Shown here: piece by piece, positions 15,353 through 25,553 of the stretch
How positions within the stretch are numbered: position 1 is the first letter of the stretch
Layout of the letters: the number at the start of each line of letters is the position of its first letter
Source: Clostridia bacterium
Lineage (GTDB): Bacteria > Bacillota > Clostridia > TANB77 > CAG-508
Assembly (NCBI GenBank): GCA_046964515.1
Contig: JBKUYM010000009.1
Coordinates: 21,339 to 85,338, forward strand
Direction of reading: 5' to 3'
DNA length: 64,000 nt
Program-made: the position numbers and the translations under genes
The notes under the pieces: generated by a model
Seen by the model: only the letters and a program-made list of their open reading frames with translations
Database searches by the model: none
Told to the model about the DNA's origin: nothing

Positions 15353-15688
15353 ATGAGAAAAATAACAGTATTAAAGGTAGAACCTAAAAAAGAACCTTAC
15401 ACAGTAGGTATCGAAGGTAATGATTCATGGGAGATGTTCTGTAACATGCGTAATGAAATAGATGCAGACCTCGGTCAAATCCTTACTTGGAATTACTCTA
15501 ATGATAGAAGCGTACTTCTTTTTATAGATGAAGAAGGAAAGCTAAAAGATAAAGAGTATTGCAGAAGTTTAGGATTAGATTATATAGCTGGTACATTCTT
15601 AGTAGTAGCATATAATGAATCATTGGATGATTACGAAAGTTTAAAAAACTTGGAATTAGAAGAACACACTAAGTATTGGTCACTATAA
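15353..15688 (+). CDS. hypothetical protein (DUF3846-like?)
   Basis: 111-aa ORF with SD AAAGGGGA. The pattern ..VLLFIDEEGKLKD..IAGTFLVV.. resembles DUF3846 from memory only. Confidence 0.6.
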   Translation: MRKITVLKVEPKKEPYTVGIEGNDSWEMFCNMRNEIDADLGQILTWNYSNDRSVLLFIDEEGKLKDKEYCRSLGLDYIAGTFLVVAYNESLDDYESLKNLELEEHTKYWSL

Positions 15689-15698
15689 AGTTAACAAC

Positions 15699-15727
15699 AG
15701 GGTAACATGTAAGAGTGTTACCCTTTA
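15699..15727 (+). terminator. hairpin, possible terminator
   Basis: AGGGTAACA/TGTTACCCT 9-bp stem with a short T tail. Confidence 0.45.
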
Positions 15728-15749
15728 TAAAAATAAAGGGGGAATAGAA

Positions 15750-16274
15750 ATGTTAGTAATTTTGTTAACAGGTGTTAGTGGTTGTGGTAAAGATACCATA
15801 GCAAAAGAATTATTTACTTTATATGCAAAAGAAGGTAAAAAGGTACAAATAGTGCATAATGCCAACCCAGCAAAAGAAATGATGAAAAAGTATTTTGGGA
15901 TAGACAATTATAAAACTGACTTAGGTAAACAACTAATAATGGGGTTAACAGATTTAATTTATACAGAGGCAAATTACTATTATTTTGAGAAAAAATCAAT
16001 GCAAAAAGTGGAACATGACACAGAAGTTTTAATCATACCCGATTGGCGTTACACGAATACTTTCCAATGGTGGCAAAGTTATGGAATGTGTAGTGTTGTT
16101 TCAGTATTAATAAAACGTGGCATAGATTTTTTACCTAAGTATTACAGTTTAGAGGTAACAGAAAAAGAAGGTAATTTACTAAAAGAGTTATGTCCCGATT
16201 ATGCAGTAAATAATAAAAATGCTAAGGCAACAGCACAACACTTAAAAGATTTATTTAGTAATTTGGAGGACTAG
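15750..16274 (+). CDS. P-loop deoxynucleoside monophosphate kinase-like protein
   Basis: N-terminal Walker A LLTGVSGCGKDT. Size and position in the nucleotide-metabolism cluster fit. Confidence 0.65.
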   Translation: MLVILLTGVSGCGKDTIAKELFTLYAKEGKKVQIVHNANPAKEMMKKYFGIDNYKTDLGKQLIMGLTDLIYTEANYYYFEKKSMQKVEHDTEVLIIPDWRYTNTFQWWQSYGMCSVVSVLIKRGIDFLPKYYSLEVTEKEGNLLKELCPDYAVNNKNAKATAQHLKDLFSNLED

Positions 16275-16278
16275 AGTT

Positions 16279-17730
16279 ATGGATGAATTACTAAGAATAT
16301 ATCACTCAGCCGAAAATATTAGTGTTAGGGAAGCTAATAAAATAAAGAAGGATATACTTGCTTACATCAATGAGGACTACCCACATCATTATGAAGCGTA
16401 CAAAGAAAAGGATTATATAGAAGACCTATTACAAGACAGGATTCGTTTCATAGAAAATATGTCGGCAAAAGAACCTTTAAATGAGGAAATGTTACAAGAT
16501 TTAGCAGATATGACACAAGAAGGTACAGCGTGTTATGAAGAAAAATTAGACGGAATAAGATGTGATTTACAAATAGATAGTTGTTACGCTAGGTTATTTA
16601 GTAGAAGAATATCTAAGAAAACAAACTGGTATTCAGAGAATACTCACAACTTTCCTGTCATAACAAACCATGCATTACCTAAAGAATTAAATGGTACAGT
16701 ACTAGACGGAGAATTGACAGCAATTAATTTTAAGGAGATTTCTTCATTATGTAATTGTAAATGGGATGAAGCAATATTTAGACAACTTCTTTTAAAAGAA
16801 GAATATGGGTATGAAGTTGTGCAATATAACGCCTTTGACATTTTATATTACAAGGGAATTAATGTAATGCAGTTACCATTACGTAGACGTAAGGAATTGT
16901 TACACACAGCAATTCACGATTTACACGAAGCTGGTTTATATAATGTAATAGAGCATGAATGTAATACAGGAAACATAAGTGTATTGATTGGACGTGAAGA
17001 TAAAGAGCGTGTAATGGAAAACCCAATGATGTACCCTTATTTGTATGAAAAGGTTAAAAGTACAGACCTCAAATTATTCGGGTTTGAATTGAACGCTTTA
17101 GAATACTTTGACTACATTGTGTTATTTGGGGGTGAAGGTATAATGATAAAACCTCTTGATGCAAAATATTACATGAAACGTGGTAGAGAATTTACTAAAG
17201 TAAAGAAATTCGATACATGGGATGTTATAATAATAGGATTTACTGAACCTACAAAATATTATGAAGGTAAAGGATTACTAGACCCCGATTATGAGTGGGA
17301 ATGGTATTGTGACGCAGAAGATGACAGTGTAACACATGAAAAAATGACAATGGAAGAAGCACATTCACAAGGATTATTACCTGTTACAAAAGCATATGCA
17401 CAAGGTTGGATAGGTACTGTACGTTATGGTGTTGTTATGACACATGACGAATTTGAAAAATGGGAGAAAATAAATCCTAAAGAAGAACGTTTAGTTATAA
17501 AATTAAAGGATGACAAAGTAATATTAGAAATGGGTGAATGTGGAGGTATGACAGATGAAATAAGACAGGAATTAACAGATAAACAAATATCTTTAATAAA
17601 CACTGTTATGGAAGTAGGAGCAAATGAACAGATGAAGAAAACAGGAAGTTTAAGACACCCAAGATTTTTGAGGGTTCGTTCTGACAAATCTGCTTCTATG
17701 TGTGACTGGTCTTCCTATAAGAGAACTTAA
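16279..17730 (+). CDS. ATP-dependent DNA ligase
   Basis: Adenylation motif EEKLDGIR (KxDG). FDIL, EGIMIK and KVK motifs follow. C-terminal OB-like region ends LRHPRFLRVRSDK. Confidence 0.85.
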   Translation: MDELLRIYHSAENISVREANKIKKDILAYINEDYPHHYEAYKEKDYIEDLLQDRIRFIENMSAKEPLNEEMLQDLADMTQEGTACYEEKLDGIRCDLQIDSCYARLFSRRISKKTNWYSENTHNFPVITNHALPKELNGTVLDGELTAINFKEISSLCNCKWDEAIFRQLLLKEEYGYEVVQYNAFDILYYKGINVMQLPLRRRKELLHTAIHDLHEAGLYNVIEHECNTGNISVLIGREDKERVMENPMMYPYLYEKVKSTDLKLFGFELNALEYFDYIVLFGGEGIMIKPLDAKYYMKRGREFTKVKKFDTWDVIIIGFTEPTKYYEGKGLLDPDYEWEWYCDAEDDSVTHEKMTMEEAHSQGLLPVTKAYAQGWIGTVRYGVVMTHDEFEKWEKINPKEERLVIKLKDDKVILEMGECGGMTDEIRQELTDKQISLINTVMEVGANEQMKKTGSLRHPRFLRVRSDKSASMCDWSSYKRT

Positions 17731-17738
17731 TTAAGGAG

Positions 17739-18473
17739 TTGATTATTATAGCTACAGGAAAATATGAAAGACCTATTTATGAGGTAAGATGTTCTATATG
17801 TGGTGAAATGTATACTCAAAAAAGAAAACCTATAGAAAACCCTAAATGCAAAAAGTGTCAAAAGAAATACCACTCTAAAAAGTATTATGAAGCAAATAAG
17901 GAAAAGTATGTAGTAGACCCAAGTATAAAAAGAGAACGTGATAAAAAATACTACGAAAAACATAAGGATTCAATATTACAAAAACAGAAGAAATATTATG
18001 ATGAGAACAAAGAACACATTTTAAAACGTTGTACTGAATACCGAAGAAGTAAAGGGGAACTACCTAATGGATTATCGGGTACAGAAAAGATTGCTCTAAA
18101 ATTTATTGAAGAAATATTTCCAAATAAAATTATAAGGACTAGAGATAGGAATACTATAAAGAACCCTAGAACTAATGCTTATTTGGAACTAGACTTTTAC
18201 CTACCCGAAATAAATTTAGCTATAGAGTTAAATGGAATCACTCATTATAAACCCATTTATGGGCAAGATAAATTTTTAAGACAACAACGTAATGATGAAC
18301 TAAAAAGAAAATTATGTAAGAAACAAGGTATAACACTTATTGAAATACCTTTAGAAGAAGGAGTGCATTATGACAGATACTCTATAGAACACGAAAGATT
18401 AAAGGAAACTATAAATAGATTTCTAGGAGATAAAGAATGGGAGGTATGCACATGGAAAGACCACTTACATTAA
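17739..18473 (+). CDS. free-standing endonuclease-like protein (Zn ribbon, basic repeats, Vsr/DUF559-like nuclease core)
   Basis: CSICG..CKKCQ. Three KKYY(E/D)xxKE repeats. C-terminal LELDFYLPEINLAIELNGITHY resembles PD-(D/E)xK Vsr/DUF559 cores. Start is uncertain because SD AAGGAG abuts TTG 17739. Confidence 0.55.
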   Translation: MIIIATGKYERPIYEVRCSICGEMYTQKRKPIENPKCKKCQKKYHSKKYYEANKEKYVVDPSIKRERDKKYYEKHKDSILQKQKKYYDENKEHILKRCTEYRRSKGELPNGLSGTEKIALKFIEEIFPNKIIRTRDRNTIKNPRTNAYLELDFYLPEINLAIELNGITHYKPIYGQDKFLRQQRNDELKRKLCKKQGITLIEIPLEEGVHYDRYSIEHERLKETINRFLGDKEWEVCTWKDHLH

Positions 18474-18844
18474 GACAGAAACTAGCATTACAAAATGGAG
18501 AACCTACAAATAAAGAGTTAGGTATTTCTATCTTGGATAAAGAAGTACATTATGACATCAGTTTTTTAGAGGTAACAAAATTAGAACATTCACCTTTAGC
18601 TTTTGGCTTATTCCCTTTAGATGCATTACCTAATGTTAAGGGACAGCTATTAGATGTACAAATACAAGTTTTAGGGAGATTAATAGGTTGTAGATTATCA
18701 AAAGATTTTGTGCTAGAAGAAAATCCTAAAATGCAAGGGAAATCATTATTTAAAGTACACTTTAATGAGGGAACAATACTTGTATATAATGAAGATGGGA
18801 GAATAACACATGAAAAAGAAAAAGCGAATAAAGAGGATAAATAA
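18437..18844 (+). CDS. hypothetical protein
   Basis: 135-aa ORF with SD AGGAGA 6 nt upstream. Overlaps the end of the upstream gene. Confidence 0.6.
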   Translation: MGGMHMERPLTLRQKLALQNGEPTNKELGISILDKEVHYDISFLEVTKLEHSPLAFGLFPLDALPNVKGQLLDVQIQVLGRLIGCRLSKDFVLEENPKMQGKSLFKVHFNEGTILVYNEDGRITHEKEKANKEDK

Positions 18845-19082
18845 ACAACCAATATGGTTATGTGCCTACTTTCCTAATGGTGACGATACCAATTTATATA
18901 TTAAGGCATTTTCCAGCAAGAGTAAGGCATTATTCTATGTAAACTTCTTATGTACACAAAGGTACAAAATTGTAGAAGCATATATAGATGAAGGAATAAC
19001 ACAATTATATAAGGCATTTAATTTAGATATTGACGAATTACAAACATTGACATCACAAAACGAGGACACAAGATTAAATTAA
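18810..19082 (+). CDS. hypothetical protein
   Basis: 90-aa ORF with a basic N-terminus. It precedes the terminase, but no small-terminase motif was recognised. Confidence 0.5.
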   Translation: MKKKKRIKRINKQPIWLCAYFPNGDDTNLYIKAFSSKSKALFYVNFLCTQRYKIVEAYIDEGITQLYKAFNLDIDELQTLTSQNEDTRLN

Positions 19083-19094
19083 ATGATATAATGA

Positions 19095-19127
19095 GGGTAT
19101 AGAGTATTACACTTTATACCCCTTTTT
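19095..19127 (+). terminator. intrinsic terminator
   Basis: 11-bp stem GGGTATAGAGT/ACTTTATACCC followed by CTTTTT. Confidence 0.75.
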
Positions 19128-19154
19128 ATGGTATAGAGTAGAAAGGAGAAAACA

Positions 19155-20843
19155 TTGTTACAACGTAGAGGAATACATAGAAAATTAAATGTAAAATTAC
19201 GTATACACGTTAAACTACAGGAAATAAAACACGCAATAACTTGTTACGCAGAAAATGGGAATAAAGTGACAACGTCATATTTAGTTAAATTGGTGTATAA
19301 ATTTTGTGAAATGTATTCAGAAATTCATTATTATCCTTATCAAGAGCAATTTGCCAAGAGGATAATACGTTCCCTTTTAACAAATGACGGGGATGAAATA
19401 TCAGCTTTATTTTCTCGTCAGACTGGAAAATCTGAGTGTGTTGCTACAACAGTTGGTGGATGTATGATAATTCTACCTACACTGGCAAATATGCCTATGT
19501 TTGCAGATGATAAAAGATTAAGTATGTTTAGAAAAGGATTATATGTAGGAATATTTGCTCCTTCGTTACGTCAAGCACAGACAACTTTTAACAGGATGAA
19601 AACTAGATTAACTTGTACTAATTCTCAAGCTATACTAGATGAATTTGGTTTAGAATTTAGTACTTCAAATGGTCAAACTGTTGCATTAACAAATGGTAGC
19701 TTTGCTACAAGTGTTTCAGCATCAGACAGGTCAAATATAGAAGGGGATTCTTATATGCTAATTATATGCGAGGAATGTCAAGATATTTCATCATTTAAGA
19801 TTAGAAAATCTATACACCCTATGGGAGCATCTTATAATGCTAGTATAATTAAGATAGGAACAGCCACTACATTTAAAGGTGATTTTTATGAGGTTATAGA
19901 ACGTAATAAAAAAGCATACAAAGAAGGTAAAATTAAAATACGTAACCACTTTGAATATGACTATAAAATTTGCCAAAAATACAACGAAAAATATCGTAAG
20001 TATGTGGAAAAAGAAAAACACAGACTTGGGGAACATAGTGACGAATTTAGAATGTCATATGGTCTTGAATGGATATTAGAACGTGGTATGTTTATTGATG
20101 TAATGCAATTAGAAAACTTATGTGGTTTAAAAGATGTAGGACGTGTAAGAAAGGATTTAACTAAAGAGCATATAGTAGGTATAGATATAGCTAAAAAAGA
20201 TGATAGCACTGTCATAACAGTTATTGAGGTAGACTGGGATAACCCTGTAATAATTGAAACACAAAAAACAAAAAGTAATGAAAGCCTACAATATACAGTT
20301 TATAAAACACGTATAAAAGACTGGTATGAATTAAATGGTGATAATTATGACAAACAGTACTATGAGATACTAAATTATTTAAGAAACTTTAAGGTTAAAA
20401 AAATAATGATTGATGCAACAAAAGAAGAAGGTATGAGTGACAGATTACAAGTAAATTTACCTGGAATAGAAGTGGTGTCATGTATATTTTCATCACAATT
20501 TAAGGATAGAATGTATAAGACACTAGACAGTAGTATTAAATGTGGGCGTTCCACTTACCCATGTGACGAAGAAACACAGGCAACAAGAGAGTATCAAAAA
20601 TTTATAGAACAAATGGGAGAATTAGAAAAAGACTTTAGAGGTCAACTTATGGTATGTCATCACCCCGATAGACGTGGGGCACACGATGATTTCGCAGATA
20701 GTTGGGCATTAGCAGTTTTAGGCGCACATGATAAATGCCAAGAAATAAAAGTGCAAGGTTACCAAGAAAATAAAATATTTAGTAGCCATAGTAAAGGACT
20801 GTATACTAGAATAAATAAGTATACAGCACGTAGAAGAAGATAG
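19155..20843 (+). CDS. terL: terminase large subunit
   Basis: 562 aa, TTG start after SD AAAGGAG. ATPase motifs SRQTGKSE and LIICEECQDI. Nuclease-type C-terminal half. Directly precedes the portal gene. Confidence 0.8.
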   Translation: MLQRRGIHRKLNVKLRIHVKLQEIKHAITCYAENGNKVTTSYLVKLVYKFCEMYSEIHYYPYQEQFAKRIIRSLLTNDGDEISALFSRQTGKSECVATTVGGCMIILPTLANMPMFADDKRLSMFRKGLYVGIFAPSLRQAQTTFNRMKTRLTCTNSQAILDEFGLEFSTSNGQTVALTNGSFATSVSASDRSNIEGDSYMLIICEECQDISSFKIRKSIHPMGASYNASIIKIGTATTFKGDFYEVIERNKKAYKEGKIKIRNHFEYDYKICQKYNEKYRKYVEKEKHRLGEHSDEFRMSYGLEWILERGMFIDVMQLENLCGLKDVGRVRKDLTKEHIVGIDIAKKDDSTVITVIEVDWDNPVIIETQKTKSNESLQYTVYKTRIKDWYELNGDNYDKQYYEILNYLRNFKVKKIMIDATKEEGMSDRLQVNLPGIEVVSCIFSSQFKDRMYKTLDSSIKCGRSTYPCDEETQATREYQKFIEQMGELEKDFRGQLMVCHHPDRRGAHDDFADSWALAVLGAHDKCQEIKVQGYQENKIFSSHSKGLYTRINKYTARRRR

Positions 20844-20854
20844 GAGGTAGTGTA

Positions 20855-22387
20855 ATGAACTATAATTACGAGTATAACAAAGGTTTACGTATTGACGAAC
20901 TTAATAGTTACAAGGCAGTACTAAGTGAACACTTAACGGATACAGATAGGGAACTCTTAGATGAATACATTGAAAAATGGAACTTCTATGAAGGTTACCA
21001 TTGGGAAAATATAGAGTTACAAGATAAACCCCAAGTAACAAAGAATTACTGTAGGGCGTTTGTAAATAAATTTGTAGCCTTTGAATTTGGTAAAGAAGTT
21101 ACGTTCCAAGTACCTACAGAGGAAGACAATGATGAAAGTACACCAGCACCTGTGACAGATTTTTTAAATGAAATATGGAGTATACATAACAAGAAAATGG
21201 AATTGTTAACCGATTTAGGTCAAACAAAAGCTGTAACAGGTATAGGTTGGCTACAAGTGAAGTATGAAAAACCCGAGGATTTAAATGACCCTTTCAATGA
21301 ATACCCTAATGGGCGTATACGTTTAATAAATATGTCACCTTTAACTGTTTTTCCCGAATATGACCCACATGACCAAGAAAAATTGGTGAAATTAACTGTA
21401 ATGTACCCTGTGGAAACACAAGTACCAACATTATTCTCTATACGTAACAAAATGAAAACTAAGGTGTATAAAATGGTTTGGACTAATGACGAATTTCTTG
21501 TAACACTTGGAGGTGAAATACAAGAAAAAGGAGCAAACCCATATGGATTTATACCTTTTGTTCCATTTATAAATTACCCTATTGCAAATAAAACAACAGG
21601 GGCAAGTGATATAGATGACATAATCCCATTAAATGTGGAACTTAATCAAAAGAACTCTGACATATCGGAGATAATAGATTATCATTCAGCACCTATTACA
21701 GTTGTATATGGAGCAGATATTGGAACACTAGAACGTGGGGCAAATAAAATGTGGGGAGGATTACCTACAGATGCACGTATAGAAAACTTAACAATGAATA
21801 CAGATTTAAATGCAAGTACAGCATATATCGCAGATGTAAAAAAGGCAATTCATGAAGTAGGATGTATTCCCGAAAATGCTTTAGGTGATATAGGAGCAAT
21901 AAGTAATACTTCGGGTGTTGCATTACAAATAATGAACAGTCCATTGTTGGAAAGAACTAATGTAAAACGTATGTACAGTACAGCTGGGTTACAGAGAGTA
22001 AATAAGATGATTATATTTATGGGAATATTTCATGGTTTATTCCAAAAACCAGCAATAGATACTAAAGAATTATATAACACAGAGGTTGTATGGAAAGACC
22101 CATTACCAAAAGATACTTTAATAGAAATGCAACAATTACAACAAGAAATGAATATGGGTATTGAATCAAGACAAGGAGCTATGCAACGTTTAGGTAAAGA
22201 TAGTAAAAAAGTACTTGAAACTATGGCAGAAGACTATGAAAAACATCCCGAATTTTATGGTCAACCTAAAAAAGAAGAAATTACACTTAATAGTGGCATG
22301 ACAAATGGTGAAACACCTCAAGAAATGAAACGTAAAGAAATGACAGGAGAGAATAAAAAAACACCTGTAACAGAGGGTAAAATGTAG
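20855..22387 (+). CDS. portal protein
   Basis: 510 aa, immediately downstream of terL. Acidic, charged C-terminus typical of portals. Confidence 0.75.
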   Translation: MNYNYEYNKGLRIDELNSYKAVLSEHLTDTDRELLDEYIEKWNFYEGYHWENIELQDKPQVTKNYCRAFVNKFVAFEFGKEVTFQVPTEEDNDESTPAPVTDFLNEIWSIHNKKMELLTDLGQTKAVTGIGWLQVKYEKPEDLNDPFNEYPNGRIRLINMSPLTVFPEYDPHDQEKLVKLTVMYPVETQVPTLFSIRNKMKTKVYKMVWTNDEFLVTLGGEIQEKGANPYGFIPFVPFINYPIANKTTGASDIDDIIPLNVELNQKNSDISEIIDYHSAPITVVYGADIGTLERGANKMWGGLPTDARIENLTMNTDLNASTAYIADVKKAIHEVGCIPENALGDIGAISNTSGVALQIMNSPLLERTNVKRMYSTAGLQRVNKMIIFMGIFHGLFQKPAIDTKELYNTEVVWKDPLPKDTLIEMQQLQQEMNMGIESRQGAMQRLGKDSKKVLETMAEDYEKHPEFYGQPKKEEITLNSGMTNGETPQEMKRKEMTGENKKTPVTEGKM

Positions 22388-22486
22388 CTATTACATATTA
22401 CAAGCAATTTTATGGTGCATTTTGTGTCACGTTATGTTACAATTACATTAAAATATAAAAGTATTATCAAGGAGGAAAGATATAAT

Positions 22487-23254
22487 ATGAAAAACAAATA
22501 TGGTATTAACGCAAGATTTATAGAAGGAATTAAAAAGGCATTGATAAGAAATGTATTGGCAGAAGAACCAGCATCAGCAACTCACCCAGTAGTAAATTAC
22601 GAAGAACTAATCGCTAAAGCAAGACGTGAGGAAAAAGATAAACTTTACCCACAAATTGAAGCAGAAAGAAACAAGGCAACAGCTATTACGGAACAACATA
22701 ACGATTTACTTTTAAAACACGCCCAATTACAAAATGAGAATAAGGCACTTAAAGAGGAAATTAAAGAACTAAAAGATAGTGAAGGCAAGGGTGAAAATAA
22801 AGAAATCGCTAAGTTAAAACAAGAAAAGGCAGTACTGGAAGGTGAGTTAGAAAAATTAAAAGGGTCAATAGTAGATGAACCTACTTTAAGACAACAAATA
22901 GAAAATGAGGTAAAAGCACAATACGAAGTTGAATTGTACAAGGTAGAAAAAATGTCATCTGACGAGTTTAAGGGACAAATAATACCCGAACTTGTAACAG
23001 GTACAACTAAAGAGGAAGTTGACGAATCTATACAAAAATCTAAAGCAAGATTTTTAGAGTTGTTAGGGTCACAACCACAACAACAACCACAACAACCTCA
23101 AGGTGGTGTAACAATACAACAACAAATACCAACACCACCAGCTGGAAACCCTAACATGGGTGAGTTTGTTCAATCTACTCTAGGTGAACAAGACATTTAC
23201 AACATGACACCACAACAATGGGCAGAGTATCGTGTTAAATTAGGATTAAAATAA
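22487..23254 (+). CDS. head scaffolding protein
   Basis: ATG 22487 follows SD AAGGAGGA (track start is 22412). Coiled-coil Glu/Lys-rich with a QPQQQPQQPQ tract. Lies between portal and capsid. Confidence 0.65.
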   Translation: MKNKYGINARFIEGIKKALIRNVLAEEPASATHPVVNYEELIAKARREEKDKLYPQIEAERNKATAITEQHNDLLLKHAQLQNENKALKEEIKELKDSEGKGENKEIAKLKQEKAVLEGELEKLKGSIVDEPTLRQQIENEVKAQYEVELYKVEKMSSDEFKGQIIPELVTGTTKEEVDESIQKSKARFLELLGSQPQQQPQQPQGGVTIQQQIPTPPAGNPNMGEFVQSTLGEQDIYNMTPQQWAEYRVKLGLK

Positions 23255-23269
23255 TAGGAGGAATTGTAA

Positions 23270-24352
23270 ATGTTACAAAAATCTAAAAGAGGAATATTAT
23301 CAAGATTATTAACTAAAGTACACGCAGAAGGTGGTGTACTTAACACAGTTGTATCACAAGGGAAACAGTCTAGTGAACCAAATTATGTTCCTGGAACAAA
23401 TAAATTGGAACATGCAATAAGAGCAGTTTATTCTAAAGAAATAGAATTTAAGGCTATGCCTAACATGAGATTTTTCCAATTTGCTACAATGAAAACTGAA
23501 TTAGATGTTGAACCAGGTTTAACAATTTCTATGTTAACTTATGACAACCTAGAAAAAGGTGGAAAATTAACAGAAGGTGTTAGAATGGAAGGTAAGGCTA
23601 TGAGTTCTAGCATGAAAGAAATAAGAGTTTACGAATATGGTAACTCTATAACTGTTTCTGAATTAAACATAAGAAGTAACTTTGATGACGTAATGGCATC
23701 TGCAACTACTTTATTAGGTAGAGATTACGCTATAGTTATGGATTGTATGTTAAGGGACGTTGCACTTTCTAACGCTCAAACTGTTTATGCTGATAAAGCT
23801 GACGGAACTAAAGTAACAGCTAGAAAGGACTTAGATGACACATGTAAATTTAAAGTTTCTACAGTTAAAGACTGCTTAGAAATATTAGCTACAAATAATG
23901 CACCTAAATATAATGGTGCTGACTGGATATGCTTCGTACATCCACATCAATCAAGGGATTTAAGAGATGACCCAGCATGGATAAACGCATCTAACTATGG
24001 CGCTCCTAATCTATTATTCTTAGGAGAAATAGGTAAAATAGATGACACTAGATTTATAGAAACAACTATATTAAACAATGGTGCATCAGCAGAAGATGAC
24101 CCTTCTTATGATGTTACATTACAAAAAGGTAAAGATGCTACAGGACAAACAACTGGAGATGTAAATAAAGTACCAGTATATCAATCTGTATTATTTGGTG
24201 ACAAATACGTTGGATTAGCTATTTCATTACCTGTTAATCTAAGAGATAATGGTGTAATAGATTACGGACGTGAAAGAGGTTTAGCTTGGTACTCTATAAT
24301 GGGTGCTGGATTATTACACGAAAAACATGGTGTAGTAATAGAAACTGCATAG
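23270..24352 (+). CDS. major capsid protein
   Basis: 360 aa with a strong SD. Position after the scaffold, plus size and composition. Confidence 0.7.
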   Translation: MLQKSKRGILSRLLTKVHAEGGVLNTVVSQGKQSSEPNYVPGTNKLEHAIRAVYSKEIEFKAMPNMRFFQFATMKTELDVEPGLTISMLTYDNLEKGGKLTEGVRMEGKAMSSSMKEIRVYEYGNSITVSELNIRSNFDDVMASATTLLGRDYAIVMDCMLRDVALSNAQTVYADKADGTKVTARKDLDDTCKFKVSTVKDCLEILATNNAPKYNGADWICFVHPHQSRDLRDDPAWINASNYGAPNLLFLGEIGKIDDTRFIETTILNNGASAEDDPSYDVTLQKGKDATGQTTGDVNKVPVYQSVLFGDKYVGLAISLPVNLRDNGVIDYGRERGLAWYSIMGAGLLHEKHGVVIETA

Positions 24353-24364
24353 GAGGTGTTATAT

Positions 24365-24502
24365 ATGGCTATGACACAAAAAGAAAAAGAGAGATTGGCA
24401 ACTGCATTACTTTATGTAAGACAGAAACCAATGGACGTAGTAGATTTAATAGAGAAGTTAGTAGATAAAAAAATAGAAGAATCTAAGACACCAAGTGTCT
24501 AG
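24365..24502 (+). CDS. small head-associated protein (45 aa)
   Basis: SD AGGAGGTG then ATG 24365. Fills the gap left by the ORF track. The overlapping 24286..24468 ORF lacks an SD. Confidence 0.45.
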   Translation: MAMTQKEKERLATALLYVRQKPMDVVDLIEKLVDKKIEESKTPSV

Positions 24503-24515
24503 GAGGTGTTATAAC

Positions 24516-24812
24516 GTGGCAAATTTCAAGAAAAAATCTGACAAAGATGTTGTTGAGAATTTAATGGAAGAAGTTAAACAAGAACAACCCGAAATAGTGT
24601 TAGATGAAAAAGACGAAATAAAACCGGAAGAAACTATAACAGTTGAAAAACCGGTAGATAATAAACCCACTAAAAAATATACAATAAAGGTGAAACAGTA
24701 TACTAGAGTATTTATAGGTCAATGGTATACATTTGAACCTAAAAGAGTGTATAGAGTGGATGAAAATGTAAAATCTAAATTACAAAATGCTGGATTACTA
24801 CTTCCTTTATAG
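24516..24812 (+). CDS. hypothetical head protein
   Basis: GTG 24516 follows SD AGGAGGTG (track start is 24495). Confidence 0.55.
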   Translation: MANFKKKSDKDVVENLMEEVKQEQPEIVLDEKDEIKPEETITVEKPVDNKPTKKYTIKVKQYTRVFIGQWYTFEPKRVYRVDENVKSKLQNAGLLLPL

Positions 24813-24824
24813 GAGGTGTAACAT

Positions 24825-25553
24825 ATGAAAGAATTGTTACAAAGTTTATACTTTGTGCTAGGTAGGGAAAATTCCTCTGACCCTATTTGTAAAGCTATTA
24901 CAGACGAGGAAATTTTACATCTTGTAACATCTATTGCAGAGGCTAATAAGATAGACTTAGAAGACTTTGATGCAACTAAGGCTTCCTATTTACAAATGCT
25001 AGTGTTACGTGATGTGTATTGGAAATTAGCTTTAGCTTATGCCCCTTTGTATGAAATATCAGTTGACGGATTAAAAGTAAGTAAACAAACTAGGTTTGAA
25101 CACTACTTTTCCATGATACAACAACTTAATAAACAAATCGGAGAATTAGTAGCAGGTAATCCAAGTTTAGGGTTTGCTTCTGTCAAAGTTGAAACTGCTG
25201 TAATACAAAAGGATTATGTCAATGCGAATTTACGCAACCTTGTGAGAAAGACAAAAACAAGCATTACAGTAGATAAACAGGATGACAAGTACACATATTT
25301 GGAAATAAAATTTAAAGATGCTCACATTACACGTTTCCAGGTCTATTACAACCCAACCCTTCCTGTTGTAGACGAGTATGAGGGCAACACTTTAAGTAAA
25401 GGTTCAATTCTAGTGCAAGACAGTTTGGACGTAACAGATAATAAATTAAAAATTCCTGTTCTAAAAGGTTACGTTGCTGTTGTAATGATTGCTCCTAATG
25501 GCACTAAGAACTATAAACAAATACAAGTAGGTGAGACTAATGGCACAGTATGA
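24825..25553 (+). CDS. head-tail connector/adaptor candidate
   Basis: 242-aa ORF with SD AGGAGGTG. Assigned by position only. Confidence 0.45.
   Translation: MKELLQSLYFVLGRENSSDPICKAITDEEILHLVTSIAEANKIDLEDFDATKASYLQMLVLRDVYWKLALAYAPLYEISVDGLKVSKQTRFEHYFSMIQQLNKQIGELVAGNPSLGFASVKVETAVIQKDYVNANLRNLVRKTKTSITVDKQDDKYTYLEIKFKDAHITRFQVYYNPTLPVVDEYEGNTLSKGSILVQDSLDVTDNKLKIPVLKGYVAVVMIAPNGTKNYKQIQVGETNGTV

Noticed and set aside
18810-19082. Small terminase subunit assignment
   Set aside because: The position fits, but no DNA-binding or oligomerisation motif was recognised and a terminator separates it from terL. It is left as hypothetical.
24286-24468. 60-aa + strand ORF overlapping the capsid gene end
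   Set aside because: It has no SD and overlaps the capsid gene's C-terminus. The alternative ORF 24365..24502 has a consensus AGGAGGTG site.
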